Assembly (NCBI RefSeq): GCF_018977255.1
Contig: NW_024704743.1
Coordinates: 2,668,001 to 2,732,000 of the forward strand
Reading direction: 5' to 3'
Source: Callorhinchus milii
Lineage: Eukaryota
Length of the DNA: 64,000 nucleotides
The translations under genes were made by a program, and so were the position numbers. This document shows positions 37,081 through 50,210 of the stretch, piece by piece. The notes under the pieces are model-generated. The model was given only the letters and a program-made list of their open reading frames with translations. It ran no database searches and was not told the origin of the DNA. The stretch's first letter is position 1. Each line of letters opens with the position of its first letter.

Positions 37081-40000
37081 CTGTAGGGGAGAGAGAGACA
37101 CAGAGAGAGAGAGAGAGAGAGACAGAGAGCGAGAGAGAGTGAGAGAGAGAAGGGACATTGTAACTTCGGGGTAAAAAACAGAGCTGGAAAGAAATTTGAA
37201 GGATGTTTTGTCCATGTGTGTCTGTGTCTGTCTGTATCTGTGCGTATGTGTGTCTGTGTCTGTATCTGTGTATATGTCTGTCTGCCTGTTTGTGCGTCTT
37301 TGTGTGTGTGTGTGTGTGTGTCTTCGAGACGTCTCAAAACACTTCACAGAATATACTGTAAAGTGAATTGACCATATATTTTGTGGGCAAAACGCGGCAG
37401 ACTTGTTTGTAAATGATGCACGAACAGCAGCCGCTACCCCCGACCCGGGCTGTTCCCACTTTGCCCCATTTCAAGAGCCGTCAAGCAATTACAGCTGGAC
37501 TCATCTGCAGGACTTGTACCTAACTAGCCCTCTCCCCTTCAGACCTTCAGACCACTCAGGATGCCACGTTTACCCCCCTCTACACACACACACAGACACA
37601 CACACAGACACACACTCACACACACGCGGTAGTTAAAGAGCAGTCAAATCCTGGCAGAATTGCTTTAAAATTGCCTGTGTGTGAACTCTGCTTCCTGTGA
37701 CTGAAAACCTCTGCTCTCGGCCGTGTTCAGGAAAACACACGACAAGACGGACACAAAGGCTCTCAAGTGGGGATGAGAACCTTCCCCATGTTTCCATTTA
37801 TCTCACACTCTCCCCTTCCTCTCTCCCCCGGTTACCCTCGCCCCCACCTGCCTCTCCCCTCGCCCCCTCGCTCTCCCCCTCCCCCGCGTCCCCTCTCCCC
37901 TCATGTCCCCCTGTCCCCCCCGTGAACGTTAATTTGTATTCTATTTGTTGAAACTGTTTTAAAAAACAAAAAGGCATTTTTTTGATTTCATTGATAACAA
38001 AAAATAATCGTTTGCATTTGGATTTCACGCCTTAGGTTCAGGACGTCTCCAACCACACGGTAAAGTGTAGTGACTGTATTTTGTAGGCGGAGAATATCTG
38101 CCTCCAAAATACAACATCGAATGAAGCCATGAAACAGCGCCTTATCTTTTCAAGCTATTGATTCTCGTCGCTCTCTCAGTTCAGCCTTTTAGTGCTTGGA
38201 GATGTCTTTCTGACATGAAAGGCACTCAGCATTAGGAAGATAATTCCTCAAAAAATAAGTCTTAAAATCTTGCAAAGCCAAGAGATCTGTTCACCTCACT
38301 CCCGAAACCCGAGGCCCCAAATTTCCAAGGGTCATAGCCTTAAGACCACGGCCTTAAAACGTAAAGATTTTGTCAAACATTTATTTTATTTTTTTGGAGT
38401 GGGGGGGGGGGGAATCCTTCAATCCAATTTTAAGTTCAGACCTGATTTGTCACATTTACCAGCTCTCCAAAAATACACAGACCTCAGGCCTGAGACTCTT
38501 GAGTTTATTTAAATGTGGACCTCCCTATTATACGATGGGCAAAAGAAAGGAAAAAAAGCTGTCTGGACCCCCCCACCGCCAGGGCAGACACACCCAGAGC
38601 TGATTTCCAACCTGAAGGCGTTTTGGAATATTTTTTTCCCCTTTATAAATACAAGACAACTGTTTTTTGGTTGTAAAACAAAAATGATTTCACAGAGTTA
38701 TATGCACCTTCTTGTAAACATAGAGCAACTGGAAGTGTGAAATTGTGAAATACAGAGAGATTTGAAGCCCTTTTATTCTGTTTCACCTTCCACAATAATA
38801 TTTCTCCATGTTTCTGTATTACCTTCACGACGGGAATGTGTGTGTGTGTGTGAGGGAGTGTGTGAATGAGTGGGGGTTGAGCGAATCATGGTAAAATAGC
38901 CCCCAACTGCGTTAAGAGTCAAACCCTAGTTTAACTAGATTACTGAGTTGAAGGATCTCATAGACACATTTTACCTCTTTCTTTTCATACATTTATTCAT
39001 TGTTTTCAACCCCGACGAAATCAATTTCTTTTTAAACAGAAATTTTTTTTTGGGGGGGGGGATCCAATAGAGAGGATTACTCCAGTGAGGGCTATATAAA
39101 ATATATAGAAATATATATAATAAACCTGTATTTGCTGTTGGACATGGCCTGAGGTCTAAAGCTAAATCGCCTATAAAATACTGACAGTCGTGTCTTATCA
39201 TTGTCTCCCCTGAGAGCAGGTGATGTCTCTTCCCCCCCAACACATTGTACATCTCCAGCTTCAGTCACAATAGAGGAAGCAATGGGGGGGGGGGGGGGGG
39301 GGGGGTGGGGGGTGACAAGAGGGGGGGAGAGTCAGTGTTGATACCCAGCTGTCCTTTACAGAGAAAGACTATTGGAAACCTTGGGGAAGAAGAGCAGGTG
39401 GGGGTGGGGGCAGAGGTGGGGGGGAGGGGTGCAATAGGGAGGGCTTGGAGGGAGTAAGTGGGGGTGGGGGGTAAATGCTCAGGTACTTTGGAAGTTATGC
39501 TGGTTTTTATTGCAGCATTTTAATGTCCAGTCTCCAGGAACCCAAACTGGTCCCTTCAGGTAAAACCCCCGACTCCCTGAGGAGACGGACCCCAGTGACC
39601 GGGTTTGCACAAAGTGCTGCCAAAATAATGCTATTATCAGAGAGAGAGAAGAGAGAGAGTGAGAGTGACAGAAAGAGGAAGAGAGAGATAGCGAGAGAGA
39701 GTGAGACAGAGGGAGGGAGGGAGGGAGAGGGAATTCAATGCCTGGGTACATCTGCAAGTCTCTTTCTCCGAGTTCGGATCAAAGCAGACAGACACCATGG
39801 ACTGAACCGCCTCCTCTCGGTAATGCGAATGCTGGCACTTGGGGAAGCACTTTTAACATCGGGAAAACGTCTCAAAGCGCATCGCGGGTGATAGTATCAA
39901 GTGAAGTGACTGCCAATTTTTTTAGGCCAATTTGACAGCCAATTTGGACACAGCAATATCCCACAAACAGCCGTGCAGGAAATGACCAATTTCAATGGGG

Positions 40001-41042
40001 GGAATTGTTGGATTGTCAGGAAACCAGGAGAAACTCCTTTCTCTAAATACACAGCAAATGGAAAAGGATAATTCTACCTTTGCACTCATACAGAAGAGCA
40101 AATGATCACAATAACAAGAGGTTTCATTCCCTCCCATTCCAACCCATCTTCCCCGCGCTTTTTTTAAAAAAAAATCAGTAGTTTAAAGAAAAAAATAGCA
40201 ACTGTGTTCAACGAAGCAGAAATAATCAAGTATTAAAAACCAAGACATTGTAAAATCCTTTCAAAGGTTATTACTAAAACATGAGGCATTGTCATTTAAA
40301 ACCGGTGAATGCGGGGAAAAGAAGAAAAGAAGAATATCTTTGTGTTGGTCATTGTCCCTTCATATCACTGCGTATCCTCCTGGCAAAATCCATCATTCAT
40401 TACAGCCTGAGAGATATTACCACTTAATGCTCAGAGCGTTTTTTTCCTAACATCCAGAATTCATCTCATCAACATTTGGCAGTGAATTCACCTCCAAAAA
40501 GTGGTGAAATCTGCAAAGTTGATTTGCTTTCTCCCCCATCCTTCTCATTCCCTGTTAAAATAAAAACACTTTCGCACTTATCAACACGAGGTGCAAAAAA
40601 ACAGAGATTGCGCCCAATCTTTTGGGAGAAGGAAGGGGTGGGGGGGAGAGAAGGGGAAGTAAAACATTTTTGTTTCAAGGAAATGGAAAAATAAACGCTT
40701 CAAGAAAGCGTAAAAAAAATTAATCTCTGGATTTTTCGATTCTTAACTGAGGTTGTGTCAGTTTTATATACTATAGTTTTATATATAATACAATATACAA
40801 TATATACCACCTATATATACTTTATAAATCTGCCAGGCCGGGAATCTGAAAGATGCTCAGCTCATTCCCTGGGCAAAGGCACAAAGGATTACAGGAATCA
40901 AAAAGAAAGGAGAGACAAAGAGCAGAAGGATTTCTTGAGCTTTGGTTTATTCAAATGGTTGAGAAAGGGTCACCGTGAAAGGCCTCTGACCTCAACGCCA
41001 CAGTCCATCTGATCAGGAGAGAGGCACAACTGCAGACTGCTT

Positions 41043-42500
41043 CCCCCCCACCCCCTGACCACCCCCCTGCCCCCCACCCCCTACCCCCCACCCCCCACAC
41101 CATCCCTTCTCCCCCCACCCGTCACCTCCTGCCCCCACCCCCGGGCCCCCCACTCCCTGCTCCCCCCACTCCCTGCCCCCCACTCCCTGCCCCCCACCCC
41201 CTGCTCCCCCCCATTCTCTGCCCCCCCATCCCCTCCCTGCTGCCCCTCAACCTCTGCCCCCTACCCTCTTCCTGGTCCCCCCCACCCCCTGCCCCCTTCC
41301 CCGCTCCCCCCACTCCCTGCCCCCCCACCCCCATTCTTGCTCCCCACACCCCCTGCCCCCCCACCCCCTGCCCCCTCCCTGCTCCCCCCACCCCCTGCCC
41401 CCTCCCTGCTCCCCCCACCCCCTGCCCCCTCCCTGCTCCCCCCACCCCCTGCCCCTCCCTGCTCCCCCCAGCCCCGGTCCCCCACCTCTTGCCCTCTCTC
41501 TCCTCTCTCTCGCTCCCCTTCTCTCTCTCTCAATAAATTTCAGCCCAACTGAACAGAACTCAATCATATCCACATATTTACCGAAAATATAACATAACAC
41601 ATATATATATATACATATTATGACAGTATCTAAATGTGTATAATTTGCCAACACGGACCGGTCACTGTCGGTGTTGCGCTCTGAGATGTTTCTCTCGACG
41701 TGAAAGTCGCGACACCAAATACCAGAATTATATATTATATTCACATTTCATTTCTCTGACCATCGCTACACAAGTCAACAGTCTGCGCCCCCCCACTCTC
41801 TCTCTCTACTCCCCCACTCTCTCTCTGTCCCCCCCACTCTCTCTCTCTCCCCCCCACTCTCTCTCTCTACCCTACTCCCCCACTCTCTCTCTCTCTACCC
41901 CCCACACTCTCTCTCTGTCCCCCCCACTCTCTCTCTGTCCCCCCACTCTCTCTCTCTCTACTCCCCCACTCTCTCTCTGTCCCCCCCACTCTCTCTCTTT
42001 CTACCCCCCCCACTCTCTCTCTGCCCCCCCACTCTCTCTCTGTCCCCCCCACTCTCTCTCTGTCCCCCCCACTCTCTCTCTGTCCCCCCCACTCTCTCTC
42101 TTTCTACCCCCCCCACTCTCTCTCTCTGCCCCCTCCCTCTGCCCCCCCCTCTCTCTGTCCCCCCCCACTCTCTCTCTCTCTACCCCCCACTCTCTGCACC
42201 CTCTCTCTCTGTCCCCCCACTCTCTCTGTCCCCCCCCACTCTCTCTGTCCCCCCCACTCTCTCTGTCCCCCCCACTCTCTCTGTCCCCCCCCCCACTCTC
42301 TCTCTGTCCCCCCCACTCTCTCTACCCCTCTCTATCTACCCCCCCCTCTCTCTCTCTGCCCCCCTCTTCCCTCTCTCTACCCCTCTCTCTCTACCCCTCT
42401 CTCTCTCTGCCCCCACCCCCCCTCTCTCTCTGTTCCCCCCCCTCTCTCTCTGTTCCCCCCTCTCTCTCTCTGTCCCCCAACCCCTCTCTCCATCTCTCTG
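41043..42500. repeat. C/T-rich low-complexity tandem blocks (41043-41490 and 41786-42500)
   Basis: (cccccacccccTGc) and (ccccccactctctctctgt) units. Confidence 0.9.
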
Positions 42501-43479
42501 AACCCCTCTCTGAACCTCTCTCTATCACTCTATCCTTTCCCTCTATTTATCATTCTGTCCCTCCACAAGTCCGGACCAAGTTGACCCCCCGGTGAGGAGC
42601 CAATATTGGCCATTATTTGCCAATGATGAAGTGAAAAGGATTTCAGGACAAATCAGCGGAGAAACCGATGGCAATAACTCACCACAAACAAACAGCGACA
42701 GCCCCGGGACCGCGGGAGAGGGGGAGAGGAGGGAGAGGAGGGGAGGGAGGGAGAGGGGGAGAAGGGGAGAGGGAGAGGGGAGGGAGGAAGAGGGGGTGAG
42801 GGAGGGAGAGAGGGGGTGAGGGAGAGGGGAGGGAGAAGGCTGAGGGAGGGAGGGAGAGAGGGGGTGAGGAGAGAGGGGGTGAGGGAGGGAGAGGGGGAGG
42901 GAGAGGGGGAGAGGGAACGCCGCACTTACCGGATCTTCATCCCGACATTCCCCAATAATTCTTTCGTAAGTTACGATCCTTGAAAGGGAAAGGCTTTAAA
43001 AGGCGGGAAAGGAAGACTGGACCTGGAGGTTTCCTCTCTCTTTCCCCCTCTCCCCCTCCCTCTCCCTCTCCCCCTCCCTCTCCCTCTCCCTCTCCTCTCG
43101 GTCCATCTGGAATGGAGGTGAAGCCATTCCGGCGCCGCTCTCATTGCCTCATTGACTCCCGTCAAACAGCGGCGACGTTTTACACCACAAACAAAACAAA
43201 CTCAGTAAATACACATAAATATATATCTACACACAGAGGAGTCGGGAGGCAAAAACAAGGCTTCCTCTCGGCTTTCCCAACCCGATGTGTGCGAGAGGGG
43301 GAGAGGGGGAGAGAGGGGGAGAGAGAGAGGGGGTGAGGGAGAGGGGGAGAGAGGGGGTGAGGGAGAGGGGGTGAGGGAGAGAGTGAGGGAGAGAGTGAGT
43401 GAGGGATGGGGAGAGAGAGAGGGGGAGGGAGGGAGGGAGCGAGAGGTGCTGAGGGAGGAGGAGGAGGGGATGGAGGACC

Positions 43480-43600
43480 CTCTGTGCTCGGGGTCTGAGC
43501 CCCTCCTTATATCCCTGTCCTCACAGCTCTGTCCTCACCACATGGCGTGTCCCGGTTGCTATGGTGACGCCGCCACATGTTACTGACAGTAATTGGATAA
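43480..43600 (-). promoter_or_regulatory. Candidate internal Pol II promoter
   Basis: Minus-strand TATAAG at 43506-43511, E-boxes CACATG at 43539-43544 and 43574-43579, X-box GTTGCTATGGTGAC at 43555-43568, TGACAG at 43584-43589, and minus-strand CCAAT at 43592-43596. Confidence 0.55.
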
Positions 43601-44699
43601 AAGGCATTTTTCTGATAATAAAAACCTCAATAAAACCGACGGACCAACAAACCGTATGAATGTCAGTCAGAGCACCGCTCTCTCTCTCTCTCTCTCTCTC
43701 TACCTTTCTATCTCACTTTCTCTCTCTCTATCTATCTTTCTCTCTGTCCACCTCTCTCTATATATATCTTATTTATCTCACTTTCTCTCTCTCTCTCTCT
43801 ATATATATATAATCTATCTCCCTCTCCCTCTCTATCTCTCTCTCTCCCCCCCCAGTGTTTCAGGCTGGTGCTTCCGTCCAGTTTGCACTGATTTGGGTCT
43901 GCATTAGATGATATGGGGTGGGGGGGGGGTGGCGCAGGATGGGGGGGGGGGGGGGAGGGGGAGAGCTGTGATTTTTTGGGGATGGGGAATGGGTTAAAGA
44001 CTATATATTTACCCCCCGGCTCAGCATCCATCACAATCTCAGTTTCCGTGTGGGATATCAAACAGGGTTTACCTGAAATAATCAGGGAGGGCGGGTATGT
44101 GGGGGGGGGGGGGGGGTATGGGGGGATATGTGAAGGGGGTATGTGAGGGGGGTATATGAGGGGGGGGTATGTGGGAGGCGTATGTGGGGGGGGTATGTGA
44201 GGGGGGTGTGTGGGGGCAGGTATGGGAGGGGTATGTGTGGGGGGGGGGGTATGTGTGTGGGGGGGGGGGAGGGGGTGAAGTGAAGGGAAACCAAAAGTGG
44301 AAAAGGTAAATGTGAAACACAAACCATGTTAAAATGTCTTTAAAATCTAAAGAAAAGATGAGGCGCCCTGAGAATCAAACATAACAGCGGCTCCGAACAG
44401 GGGGACAGGGGGACAGGGGGGGGGGGGGGGGGGGAGAAACCGTGTCAGATGCAGATGACAAATCTTGGGAGTGTTTCTCCAGTTAATCTTTCTATTCAGG
44501 TTCCCCTCCTCCTGTCCCCCCATTGCCTCCCGGTGTGACAGGTGGAGATGGCAGTCCAGTTGTCCTCACATTTACAGCGAGAATCTGCAGCTCAAACATA
44601 TCAAACCCAAGTCACCAGGTCCTGCTCACAGCTCAGCACTAATTATCCTGACTTTAATCCACTGTCCAGGACAAGCGACAACTGATCCCAGGCCACATC

Positions 44700-45935
44700 T
44701 TGCCCTTCTGCCCCCCCCCTGCCCACCTGCCCTCCCTCCTACCCTCCTGCCCTCCCTCCTACCCGCCTGCCCCATGCCCTCCCTCCTGCCCACCTGCCCC
44801 CCTGCCCTCCTGCCCCCCTGCCCTCCTGCCCCCCTGCCCTCCTGCCCACCTGCCCCCCTGCCCCCCTGCCCTCCTGCCCCCCTGCCCACCTGTCCCCCTG
44901 CCCACCTGCCCCCTGCCCTCCTGCCCCCTGCCCTCCTGCCCCCCTGCCCTCCTGCCCCCCTGCCCTCCTGCCCCCCTGCCCTCCTGCCCCCCTGCCCTCC
45001 TGCCCCCCTGCCCTCCTGCCTGTCTAAGCAGTGAGGCTGATCACATTCAATAGATGGGCTGAATTAATTAGGTTCGCTCCAAACTGGGGGAGGTGGTGGA
45101 GGGGTGGGGATGGGGGTGGGGGTTGGGCTGGTGGTGGGAATGGGCATGGGGGTGGGGGTGGGGGTGGGCACAGGTTTATCGCTTTGCTGCGACTATGAGG
45201 AGTAAACTCGTAGCTCGAAAGGAAAAATACTTCTGTGTATGTGTGTGTACGTGTGTATCTGTATGTGTGTGTGTCTGTATACGTGTATGTCTGTATGTGA
45301 GTGTGTGTCTGTGTGTGTATGTGAGTGTGTGTCTGGGTGTATGTGTGTGTGTGTGTCTGGGTGTATGTGTGTGTGTGTATGTGAGTGTGTGTCTGGGTGT
45401 ATGTGAGTGTGTGTCTGGGTGTATGTGTGTGTATGTGAGTGTGTGTCTGGGTGTATGTGTGTGTGTATGTGAGTGTGTGTCTGGGTGTATGTGAGTGTGT
45501 GTCTGGGTGTATGTGTGTGTGTGTATGTGAGTGTGTGTCTGGGTGTATGTGTGTGTGTGTCTCTGGGTGTATGTGTGTGTGTATGTGAGTGTGTGTATGT
45601 GAGTGTGTGTCTGGGTGTATGTGTGTGTATGTGAGTGTGTGTCTGGGTGTATGTGTGTGTGTATGTGAGTGTGTGTCTGGGTGTATGTGTGTGTATGTGA
45701 GTGTGTGTCTGGGTGTATGTGTGTGTATGTGAGTGTGTGTCTGGGTGTATGTGTGTGTATGTGAGTGTGTGTCTGGGTGTATGTGTGTGTGTATGTGTGT
45801 GTCTGGGTGTAGGTGTGTGTGTATGTGAGTGTGTGTCTGGGTGTATGTGTGTGTGTATATGTGTGTGTGTACGTGAGTGTGTGTCTGGGTGTATATGTGT
45901 GTGTATGTGAGTGTGTGTCTGGGTGTAGGTGTGTG
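44700..45935. repeat. (CCCTGC)-type repeat (44700-45020) and compound TG repeat (45235-45935)
   Basis: Directly visible. Confidence 0.92.
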
Positions 45936-46375
45936 TAGGGAGGAAGGGGAGAGATCAAAACCATTCTTTAGGTCTTAGCGACGACTCTAAAGGCTGTGCT
46001 GATAAACATTGTGTTTTCCTGACACTCGAATACCTACTATGCAGAGATGCAAATCCCCCCTCTCGCCTCTGACTGTAGCCCTCCCCCCCCTCACCAACAC
46101 CCCCTCCTCCCTCACCGCCACCCCCACGTGCCCCCTCACCAACACCCCCTTCCCACTTCGCCAGTGAAAGCCTATGGTTGAGCACAATCGAGTGAACACA
46201 AACGCACATCAATCCAATCAAAGGGAATTAAACTTATGTCCCACAATATGATATCCCTTCCTTGCAATATCAAATCGACGTCAAAAAATAAAGACTGCTA
46301 CATCTCAAAGCAATGTCTGGAAGCACAGGTGAGCTGAAACCACAGCAACTTGCACTGATATAACCAGCGGCCTTC

Positions 46376-46704
46376 ATAATAATAATAATAATAATAATCC
46401 TTGCATTTGATATAGCGCTTTTCACGTCGGGAGGACGTCCCAAAGCGCTTCACAGAATATACTGTAAAGTGAATTGACTGTATATTTGTGGGCGAACGCG
46501 GCAGCCAATTGCGCACAGCAATGTCCCACAAACAGTCGTAGATTGAAAATGACCAATTTATTATTGTTTGGGGTTTTGGAGGGATTATTATTAGGCTCTG
46601 TGTGGAGTAAGGAAACTTGCCCAAGGTTTCGCCCTGCCTGGAATTGAACCCAGGTGTCTTGCTTGCAAAGCAAGTGCTCTAACCACTGAGCCACAGGACT
46701 CCAC
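46376..46704 (-). mobile_element. tRNA-derived SINE, full length, nearly identical to 139-492
   Basis: Same head, same internal junction (cacacagagcctaataataatccctcc) and same tail. Confidence 0.9.
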
Positions 46705-47633
46705 ATGTAGAATAATAATAAAAAATAACCTTTGCATTTGATACGCGCTGTTATCGTTGAGACGTCTCAAAGCGCTTCACAGAAGAGACTGTAAAGTGAA
46801 TTGACTGTATTTTGTGGGCGAAACGCGGCAGCCAATTGTGCACAGCAGCGTCCCCACAAACAGCAGCGGGTTCAGTGACCAATTTCGATTTGAAGAATAA
46901 GGTGTTGGGAGTGCGGTACAGTGTCAGAGAAGGGGGAGGAGACTTTAGTGAAGGGGAGGAGACCACTGGTGCAGTCAAACATGGGGTTTAAACCCCCGAC
47001 AAACCCATCTGCCTTAACCTGTAAATGACCACATGGTAGTTCAGACGCTCAAAGGGTTTTCAAACAAATTATTTCTCTGGAAAGGTATATCTGAAGGTAT
47101 ATCTGAGTCATGTGCAGAACCGAGCAACCACCGTCCCAACCACTCGCTGGGTTACAGCACTGTTCAGGTGAATGGCCGACACGACCACATCACAGAGAAG
47201 GCTTAGCCGGGCACATGTTCAAACCCCATCTGCAAATCCCCAGTCATTACACTTTATAGTGCACGGTGGGGGGTGGGGGGGGGGGGGGCTGCAGGCATGG
47301 TCGAAGGGGAAGGTCTTTAGACGGGACTTGAAGGAGTCAGTAGGGAGGTTGTTTGTGTGTGAAATGTCTGTATTAAGAGTGAGGAGTACAGCAGGCTGGC
47401 AGATGACAAGGACAGAAGGTGACGTTCTCCAAATAAAGGTTTTAAACTCAGCTCACGGAAAGAGAGAGAGAGAGAAAGAGAGAGAGAATCTTCGCCTTTC
47501 ACTTCAACAATCAAATAGGAAGGAATCACGAAGACGACTACATCAACAACTTGCAATTGTATCTCAACTTTCATACAGAACGAATGCCTGGAAGCCAACA
47601 ACTGGATCAGGCAGGGAAAAGGGGAGCCTGAAG

Positions 47634-47997
47634 ATAATAATAATAATAATAATAATAATAATCCTCGCATTTGATACAGCGGCTTATCACGTCTCTTCGA
47701 GACATCTCAAAGCATTTCACAGAATAAAGTGAATTGACTATATATTTTGTGGGCGAAACGCGGCAGCCAATTGCGCACAGCAGCGTCCCACAAACAGTCA
47801 TGGATTCAAGTGACCAAATTATCCATTTATTATTTTTTAAAAGGGATTATTACCCCCAGAAAAGCGATCTGCCATTCGATAACAACCGGTTCCTACTTTA
47901 CTGCTGGTAAACAGAGGCGTGTGTGTGGAATAAGGAAACTTGCCCAACATTTCGCCCTGCCCGGGAATCACCCCGGGTCCTCTCGCTTGCGAGGCGA
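47634..47997 (-). mobile_element. tRNA-derived SINE, near full length
   Basis: (ATA)n tail on the plus strand, core, and partial head. Confidence 0.85.
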
Positions 47998-48678
47998 GTT
48001 CTTGCTATATCCATGCAAGTTGTTGTTGTTGTGAAGTTGGACTTTAAAGAGAAGGGAAGTTTCTCCCAGTGTCCTGGCCAACAATCCCCCAACACAAAAT
48101 GCGTCACTCACTTCATGTCTAGTTGTGAGATATTACTGTGTGCAAATTGGCTGCCAAGTTCAGCCTACAAAATACACAGTTACTACACTTTGAATCCTGA
48201 AGCACTTTGAGACGTTCTCCCACTATATCAAATGCAAGGATATGCATACAAATGTGACCGAGGAGGGAAGAGAGGGACAGAGGAGAGGCTTATGTGGGGT
48301 ATAAACAAGCAGCAAGCATTAGGTGGCTTGTTTCCGTAATGTAACCAACTTTCTGTGCAATTCTGTGAAATGTTAACAAAACCGTGACTGTATTTTAGAT
48401 CAGCAAAAAAAATTAATTAAACCATCCTTTCCCATGGAGATTAACAAGCGTGAATCATATTCAATAAGGAAAAAAATGAGTCATCGAATGTTAACATTAT
48501 CTGTTCAAGAATATTGCATTTGTCCACTTTGAAGTGTTCAAAATAATTAGTATTTTTTTTCAAAAAATGTAACTTGGAAATCAGTTTGCTCTGGAGAAAA
48601 TGTACTCAAAAGCAACAAAATGCTTTTTGCGACTCTTTTGTATTCAGGCCCCAATGCCTTCCCTTCAAGAACGGAATA

Positions 48679-48981
48679 CTATAATAATAATCCTTGTATT
48701 TGATACAGCGCCTTATCACGTCTCAAATGCTTCACAGGATACACTGTAAAGTGAATTGACTATATTTGTGGGCAAAATGCGGCAGCCAATTGCGCACGGC
48801 AGCGTCCGCACAAACAGTCGTGGATTGAGTGACCAAATTATTATTTTATTTTTTCTCTTGAGGGATTATTATCAGGCGTGTGGTGTAAGGAAACTTGCCC
48901 AAGTTTTCTCCCTGCCGGGAATCAAACACAGGTCATTCAACTGCGAGCTGAGAATCTAACCACTGAGCTACAGGACTCCAC
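48679..48981 (-). mobile_element. tRNA-derived SINE, full length
   Basis: Head gtggagtcctgtagctcagtgg on the minus strand, plus core and tail. Confidence 0.85.
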
Positions 48982-49254
48982 TTGTTATTGTTGTATCTTG
49001 AGACTGACTAAACATTTAGATAGCGTCCTTCACATAAGGTAGCATCTCAGAGCCTTTCACTAGGACGGTGCCAAGGAAGGAGAAGATGGGGGGACCATGG
49101 ATGTGGACAAAGGTATTTAAACAGTATTTGAAGATAGATGGAGTGGGTGAACAGAGAGAAGGGGGAGGAGGTGATCAGTGAGATAGGGATGAAGATCATT
49201 ATTTGGGAAGGACAAGTTTGCAGGGCTATGGGGAGAGCACGGGGGAGTGGGGTT

Positions 49255-49390
49255 GATCAGGGCTATAGGGAGAGTGTGGGGGAATGGGGTTGAATTGGAA
49301 GCTCTTTTCAAAGAGCAGAGATACGATGGGCCGAATGGCCACTTCTGTGCTGTATAATTCTATGGTAATTCTATGGTTCTATGATTTGAT
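49255..49390 (+). mobile_element. CR1-like LINE 3' end
   Basis: gatgggccgaatggcc...ctgtgctgtat followed by (ttctatg)-type terminal repeats. Confidence 0.6.
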
Positions 49391-50210
49391 AGCTGGGAGA
49401 TGTCACCCACAGCCCACTGACAGCTTGGCTGCGTCTCTCACCTCTACACCATTCAGGGGTGTAGAGACACGGCAAAAACAACAGCTGAAATCAGGGGACT
49501 GTACAGGTGGGAATATCTCTCCGTCACTCCACCTATGTATCTTCAAATTTTAAAACCTACCATTGTGGTTGCACTTAGGGTGAATTTCACCCCTCCCCTC
49601 CCCTGCCCCCTCTCCCCTCCCCACTACCCTCACCCCCTTCCCCCTGCACTACTGTAAAACATTATTGTAAGGATTGTACAGTCACACAACATTAATAATA
49701 ATAATCCTTGCATTTGATACAACGTTTTATCATGTCTTTGAGACGTCTTAAAATGCTTTGCAGAATACTATAAAGTGTGGTGACTGTATATTCTGTGGAC
49801 GAAACAAATATATGTGTACATTTTGTTCAAAAACAGTGTATCGTGGGAAGCGCTTTGAGATGTATCGATGACATGATAAGAGGCTATATCAAAGGCAAGG
49901 ATTAATATGACGGGTTGCATTTATAAATAACTGCTGCCATCTTGTCCCCTTTGCCTGGTTGAAAGTCTGTGATTGTGTGGGAGTTTTACTCTTCCTCTGT
50001 GTCTCAGAAACCTTGTATGTCAATGCTAACTCTGTTCAAAAAAAACTTCTACTGACAACAAAAAAAGTCACGAAAATAGAGGCAGACGTCAGAGGAAATC
50101 CATGAATTAATATATAACCTTTGTATCTGACATAGCACCTCGCCACGTCAAAGCGTCACAAAACGCTTCACACAGTTTTTCTGGGGCTCAACGTGGCAGC
50201 CAATCAATCT

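Noticed and set aside
38261..38278. LKILQS resembling the PTPRN2 exon 12 peptide LKILQTG
   Set aside because: It is on the plus strand, opposite to the gene, with no matching flanks or splice sites. The upstream exon appears to lie outside the window.
41636..42595. 319-aa ORF and other long low-complexity ORFs (2518-3132, 4327-4917, 20258-21401, 33817-34336, 45176-45964, 60940-61587)
   Set aside because: They are translations of simple or tandem repeats that lack stop codons.
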